DNA of 64,000 nucleotides from a virus (Duplodnaviria; Caudoviricetes): IMG/VR virus record IMGVR_UViG_3300044541_000063, positions 1 to 64,000 of that record; one strand, 5' to 3'. Shown piece by piece: positions 59,510 to 64,000 of this stretch (position 1 is its first letter; each line of letters starts with the position of its first letter). The notes under the pieces were generated by a model. It saw only the letters and a program-made list of their open reading frames with translations, ran no database searches and was not told where the DNA came from. The position numbers and the translations under genes were made by a program.

Positions 59510-61400
59510 CGTAGGACAACTGGTGGTGAGCGTCAGTGGTGACGTGTCGCAGCTGCGCACCGCTCTCAGCAGCGCCGAGGACGCGCTGAACAAGTTCAGT
59601 GGCGTGGCGTCGCGCGTCACTGAGCTGTCAGAACTGTCGTCGTCTGCCGACACCACGGTCGCCTCGCTGCAGGCCGTGGAGTTTGCCGCGTCGAGCACCG
59701 GGCTGTCGCTCGCCGACCTCGGCAAGAAGGCCGGGGAGTTCAACAAGAACATCGAGGACGAGGCGAAGGGCGTCGGGAAGGGACTCAAGGAGCTGAAGCT
59801 GACCTTCAAGGACCTTGCCGACCTCAACTTCGACGAGCGCCTAGTCAAGATCGCCGAGCAGTTCAAGGCGCTTGGCAAGGACCTCGGCGACCAGAAGGAC
59901 ATTCTCGAGAAGCTGGGACTCGGCGAGAAGGACTACCTGATCATAACTCAAGATGGCGGCGAGATCATCAAGAAGGCGCAGGAGGAGATAGTCAAGTACG
60001 GGATAGCGCTCGACAGCGTCGACGCGCACGCGGCGGCTCAGGCGCACCGCGAACTCGACGAGGTGATGAAGCGCTTCACGCTCACCGGCAAGGGACTCTG
60101 GGACCAGATAGCCGTGGTGGCCGCGCCGGCGTTCGATCTGCTGACCAGGGCACTGCTGGGAACTGGCACTCAGTTCAATCTCACCGAGGGCGCCGTCATC
60201 TCTCTGACGCGCTCGCTCCTGGGTGGACTCGACAGCATGGAGATGGCGTTTCAGCACTTCCTCGGCGAGACGGTGAAGAACAGCACTGCCCTGACGTACA
60301 TCTTCTTTCTGCTAGACTCGGCGATGAAGATTTCTCAGAACAACATCGACGGCATCAGCTGGACGAAGTTCAGGCAGGGACTCGAGGACATCGGCAACAA
60401 GGTGGAGCAGGGTGTCGGCTTCGGAGACCTCGGCAACAATCTGAAGAAGTTCGACGAGTATCTGGTGGCGCTGAAGGAGAGAGGAGAGAAGGCCGCCGAG
60501 ACGCGCGGCAACATCGACAAGGCGTACATCGAGGGCGAGAAGGGGATGACCGACGAGCAGAAGAAAGCGCTCGAGGCCCGCTTCGCCGCGATACAGCAGT
60601 ACGCCGACTACGAGTTCAGCGCGCGCAAGGACGCCTTCGAGAAGCGGCAGAAGCAGCTCGACGACGAGAAGTTCCTGGAGATCAAGACGGCGACCGAGAT
60701 CGCCGACCTGAAGTCGAAACTCCAGGAGAAGTTCGACAACGAGAGCCAGAAGATGCTGTTCGACCGGCTCACCTCGTACTACGCCACCGAGTTGGAGATA
60801 ATCGCCGCTCAGGAGCTGAAGAAGCTGCTGCTGCTCGAGGACGCGCAGAAGGCCGGCATCGTCAACGAGCAGACCTACAACGACATGAAGGCGAAGATCA
60901 ACGCCGCGGCTAACCTGAAGATGCTGCAGGAGACCGCCAGAATGTACTCGGCGCTGGCCAACGTCGTCGACACGGCGATGGGTCAGATCTCGGCACTCGT
61001 GGACAGCGAGGGCAAGAAGCAGTTCACAATCTTCAAGGCCATCTCAGTCGCCACTGCTCTGGTCAAGGGCTTCGAGGCCGTCGTCAGCGCGTTCGCTGCT
61101 GGCAACAAGGTGGGCGGTCCCCCGGTCGGCTTCGCCTTTGCCGCCATAGCAGCGGCCGGCGTGGCGGCGCAGATAGCGAAGCTCGTGTCGACCAACGTAG
61201 GATCCAGCGACACGGTAACAGCGCCGTCCGCGTCCGACAGCGGTGCGTCTGCGGCAGCTGCGCCGCTGCCGAACGCCGGCAACACGCTGACCGTTGAGGG
61301 CATCAACGCGGCGTCATTCTTCTCCGGCGAGCAGATACGCACGATCGCCGACAAGCTTCTGCAGTTTCAGCGCGACGGTGGCACGGTGATACTCCGATGA
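59499..61400 (+). CDS. Tape measure protein
   Basis: VGQLVVSVSGD start, long helical Ala/Leu/Glu-rich body, hydrophobic C-terminal segment. Confidence 0.9.
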   Translation: MPTNVGQLVVSVSGDVSQLRTALSSAEDALNKFSGVASRVTELSELSSSADTTVASLQAVEFAASSTGLSLADLGKKAGEFNKNIEDEAKGVGKGLKELKLTFKDLADLNFDERLVKIAEQFKALGKDLGDQKDILEKLGLGEKDYLIITQDGGEIIKKAQEEIVKYGIALDSVDAHAAAQAHRELDEVMKRFTLTGKGLWDQIAVVAAPAFDLLTRALLGTGTQFNLTEGAVISLTRSLLGGLDSMEMAFQHFLGETVKNSTALTYIFFLLDSAMKISQNNIDGISWTKFRQGLEDIGNKVEQGVGFGDLGNNLKKFDEYLVALKERGEKAAETRGNIDKAYIEGEKGMTDEQKKALEARFAAIQQYADYEFSARKDAFEKRQKQLDDEKFLEIKTATEIADLKSKLQEKFDNESQKMLFDRLTSYYATELEIIAAQELKKLLLLEDAQKAGIVNEQTYNDMKAKINAAANLKMLQETARMYSALANVVDTAMGQISALVDSEGKKQFTIFKAISVATALVKGFEAVVSAFAAGNKVGGPPVGFAFAAIAAAGVAAQIAKLVSTNVGSSDTVTAPSASDSGASAAAAPLPNAGNTLTVEGINAASFFSGEQIRTIADKLLQFQRDGGTVILR

Positions 61401-62872
61401 TCGTCATATCTGACGCACTCGTTCTGGCGCCCGGAAGTGCCGACCTCAACGCGCCCGTGGTCGGATGGCAGACTGCGCTGTTCGCTTCCAACGTGACGGC
61501 GTCTTTCGCAGACGTGAATTTTCCGATCACCAACGTGGCGAACCCGTCGACCTATCTCAAGTGGAAGTCGACGTCGACTCTGATACAGCACGTCACGGTG
61601 TCGTTTCCTGCGCCGCTGGACGCGGACTACTTCGCGATAGCCGGGCACAACTTCGGAAGCGGGCAGGTCGCTGCGAAGGTCGAAGGAGCGGTCACCATCG
61701 ACACTCAGCAGATGGTCATGCTGCACTTCGAGGGCGCAGACGCGGCGACGGCGACTGTTGACAGTAACGCGGGCGGCAGCGCGCACACCTGGACTCCGCA
61801 CGGCAATGCTCAGCTGGACACGGCCGACAAGCAGTTCGGTATCTCGTCGGGGCTGTTCGACGGAACCGGAGACTTCTGGGACACGCCAGACCACGCCGAT
61901 TTCACGCTCGGCTCTGGTAACTGGACGATAGACTTCTGGTTCAAGTGTGTGGCCACCACGGGTAGCTTCGAGCGGCTGGCTGGGCAGATGGACGGCGCCG
62001 ATACCAGTACGCTGTCGGCGTGGAACTGCTTGCGCCTGAACGACAACAGAATGTTCTTCTCGGTCTTCGTCGCAGGCGTGCAGACCAGTGTCACCAGCGT
62101 CAGGACGTTTACGAACCTGATCAATCCCGGCTGGCATCACATGGCAGTCGTTCGCAGCGGCAACTTGCTGCTGCTGTTCATAGACGGTGTCCTGGAGGCG
62201 TCGTCTGCGCTCACCGGCACGATCAACAACTCGGCAGCGAACCTCGCCGTCGGCGGCTACGGCAGCATTCCTGGCGACTGGAATGGCTGGCTCGACGAGT
62301 TCAGGATGGTCGTCGGTCGCGCCGAGTGGACTGCCAACTTCACGCCGGACGGCGCGCCGTACGACACGTTCTTGTGGCAGACGGTGGGCGACGAGCAGCT
62401 GGCGGCAGACGACACGCCGATGATGTGGCGTTTCGCGCCCGGCACGTTCGTGGCGCTGCGCTTGACCATGGACCCGACGTCGGTGTTTCCGGAGATAGCC
62501 GTGGCGTACGCGGGCGAGTTGCTCGAGCTCGAGCGCCGCATCTATGTCGGGCACCGCGTGCTGAAGTACAACAGAAAGACGAACGTGGTGACGGGCTTCT
62601 CGGACGACGCCACGTTTCTTGGACGCATCGTGCTGGGGAAGGTGACCGAGAGCTCGCTGAGTCTGCAGAATATCACGGCGTCGTTCTACAGAACGGATAT
62701 AGACCCGTGGCTGTCGGACGCGGTTCAGCGGCCATTCTTCTTCGCGTGGCGGCCGACGAGCTATCCTGAGGAGGTGGGATTCTGCTGGCTGACCGGTGAC
62801 GCCACGATGTCGAATCAGAGGGCGAACGGCATGGTGCAAGCCACCGCTAACTTGCGGGGCATCGTTCAGTGA
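61397..62872 (+). CDS. Distal tail protein (Dit) with inserted LamG-like lectin domain
   Basis: DYFAIAGHN...RPFFFAWRP..YPEEVG flanking FG.SS..FDGTGD..WTIDFW..WHH.AVVR.G..FIDG..DEFR. Confidence 0.8.
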   Translation: MIVISDALVLAPGSADLNAPVVGWQTALFASNVTASFADVNFPITNVANPSTYLKWKSTSTLIQHVTVSFPAPLDADYFAIAGHNFGSGQVAAKVEGAVTIDTQQMVMLHFEGADAATATVDSNAGGSAHTWTPHGNAQLDTADKQFGISSGLFDGTGDFWDTPDHADFTLGSGNWTIDFWFKCVATTGSFERLAGQMDGADTSTLSAWNCLRLNDNRMFFSVFVAGVQTSVTSVRTFTNLINPGWHHMAVVRSGNLLLLFIDGVLEASSALTGTINNSAANLAVGGYGSIPGDWNGWLDEFRMVVGRAEWTANFTPDGAPYDTFLWQTVGDEQLAADDTPMMWRFAPGTFVALRLTMDPTSVFPEIAVAYAGELLELERRIYVGHRVLKYNRKTNVVTGFSDDATFLGRIVLGKVTESSLSLQNITASFYRTDIDPWLSDAVQRPFFFAWRPTSYPEEVGFCWLTGDATMSNQRANGMVQATANLRGIVQ

Positions 62873-64000
62873 GCGACGAGGTCACCGGCAAGTCGCTCAC
62901 CTACCTGGAGGTCGACCTCGACGTCTACCGGGCCACGATCTTCGAGAACGAGCCGATTGCGGCTGGACCACCACTCAACTGGACGGTTCAGTGGAGTCCA
63001 GTCACGACGATCTCGGTCGTGTCGGAGAGCTCGATGCCGTCGGGCAAGGCGGTTCGCATTCAGAAGTCCGCCGGCAACGACCGCTCCTCGATCGTCTGGA
63101 ATGTCGCGAGTCCTGTTCGCGACGTCTCGGCGGTGGGTCTGTTTCGCTCGCGTGCCACAGCCCTGACGAACATGGGCATCGTGCTTCGCGCGTCTGGCGG
63201 GGACTCTACGGAGAATGCCTACTGGTGCAGGTTCGTCGGCGGCACCGGAGTTCAGATACTCAAGTTGGCTGCTGGCTCGGCTGCTGGCTTGGCCCTGGAG
63301 AACTTCGCGCACACTCTACTCGAGAATTTGTGGCTGCGCTTCGACGCTTTGAATGTTACCGGCGGCGTGCTGCTGCGGGCGAAGGCGTGGCGCGGTGAGA
63401 TTGACGACGAGCCGGAGGACTTCGTAGTGTCCTTCACCGAGACGACGACCGTGCTCGCTGCCGGCAACGTCGGCCTGATAGCCACGCTCGGCGACACGCC
63501 GGACTTCGACGTGGGCTTCTTTCGCTTCAGGAGCCTGTTCAGCAACACGACAGAGACCGTGCGCTACGTCAAGTCCGTGGACTACGCGCCCGACAGCATC
63601 GACGCGATTCCGTCGCTGCTCGAGGTTCAGATATCACCGGGCGCCATCTCTCTTGGAGAGAACCTCGGCGAGCGGTCGTCTCTGTCGGCCGCGTTCAGGG
63701 ATCACAAGCATGCCGACCTCGGGGAGATGTACGACCGGGGGACATACTGGGGTAAGTTTCGCGCGCGCCAGCTGTTCAGGCGCGGAGAGAACATACGGGT
63801 TCTGCGAGGATTTCTCGGCGACGCACTGGCAGACATGGAGGCGCGACACTACGTGCTCGACGCCTTCGACGGTCCCACGCCGAGCGGCGCGTTTCAGTTC
63901 ACCGGCAAGGACCCTCTCAAGCTCGCCGACAACGACCGCGCGCTGGCACCGGCGCCGAGCCAGGGCGCACTCATCGCCAACGTGCTGGCCGCTGCGACGT
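62869..64000 (+). CDS. Tail hub/baseplate protein with N-terminal ConA-like insertion (partial, runs off window)
   Basis: Manual translation from GTG 62869 is open to the window end; LGERSS..F.DH.H.D..RGT.WGKF.AR...GP..KDPLKLAD..A.AP.PS.G. Confidence 0.8.
   Translation, partial: MSDEVTGKSLTYLEVDLDVYRATIFENEPIAAGPPLNWTVQWSPVTTISVVSESSMPSGKAVRIQKSAGNDRSSIVWNVASPVRDVSAVGLFRSRATALTNMGIVLRASGGDSTENAYWCRFVGGTGVQILKLAAGSAAGLALENFAHTLLENLWLRFDALNVTGGVLLRAKAWRGEIDDEPEDFVVSFTETTTVLAAGNVGLIATLGDTPDFDVGFFRFRSLFSNTTETVRYVKSVDYAPDSIDAIPSLLEVQISPGAISLGENLGERSSLSAAFRDHKHADLGEMYDRGTYWGKFRARQLFRRGENIRVLRGFLGDALADMEARHYVLDAFDGPTPSGAFQFTGKDPLKLADNDRALAPAPSQGALIANVLAAAT

Larger units (their letters stand above)
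1..64000. mobile_element. Tailed dsDNA bacteriophage genome segment (siphovirus-like, probable Alphaproteobacteria/Hyphomicrobiales host)
   Basis: Terminase, portal, MuF, protease, capsid, tail tube and tape measure genes plus phage replication genes. No host housekeeping genes and no integrase seen. Confidence 0.97.

Noticed and set aside
213-63849. Many long minus-strand and alternate-frame ORFs in the track (e.g. 213-1529, 14579-16150, 17711-19360, 39697-41607, 49173-50885)
   Set aside because: They shadow well-supported plus-strand genes, have no motifs or RBS, and are expected in high-GC3 DNA.
1-64000. tRNA/rRNA genes, integrase/repressor, lysin, IS elements
   Set aside because: No T-loop or cloverleaf pattern, recombinase catalytic motif, muralytic motif or transposase was recognised by eye. 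They may lie outside the window, so lifestyle cannot be called.

Overview
The whole window is a continuous segment of a high-GC tailed dsDNA phage with a siphovirus-type tail module (tail tube, tail chaperone with a -1 frameshift, tape measure, Dit, hub). A captured Omp25/RopB-like porin suggests a Hyphomicrobiales (Bradyrhizobium/Rhizobium-like) host. Gene order: divergent promoter region (80-368); replication genes (SSB-like, primase, SF1 helicase, DEDDh exonuclease, family A polymerase) interleaved with a thymidine-replacement/hypermodification cluster (aGPT-PPlase1/5-hmdU kinase-like, GT-A and GT-B glycosyltransferases, radical SAM, UDG-like, dCTP deaminase, dUMP hydroxymethylase-like, HD and MazG-like hydrolases); about 11 kb of small accessory genes (20-32 kb); a short minus-strand cluster; an origin-like iteron region; an RfaH-like NusG paralogue; then packaging, head and tail genes, with the last gene truncated at the window end. 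The main result is in the head module. Eight copies of a short tag, D-(W/Y)xxxx(E/Q/H)PR...G-x-(W/F), occur in the portal, MuF, a stand-alone polyprotein and the prohead protease, and each precedes a different cargo domain: four tandem R-S-E ADP-ribosyltransferases, a HExxH zincin, an acidic ArdA-like domain and two unknown domains. The portal also carries an Acb1-like 2H phosphoesterase. Together these suggest a modular, virion-delivered anti-defence/host-takeover payload. No tRNA, CRISPR array, integrase or lysin was recognised. All family assignments come from motif recognition by eye, not database searches.
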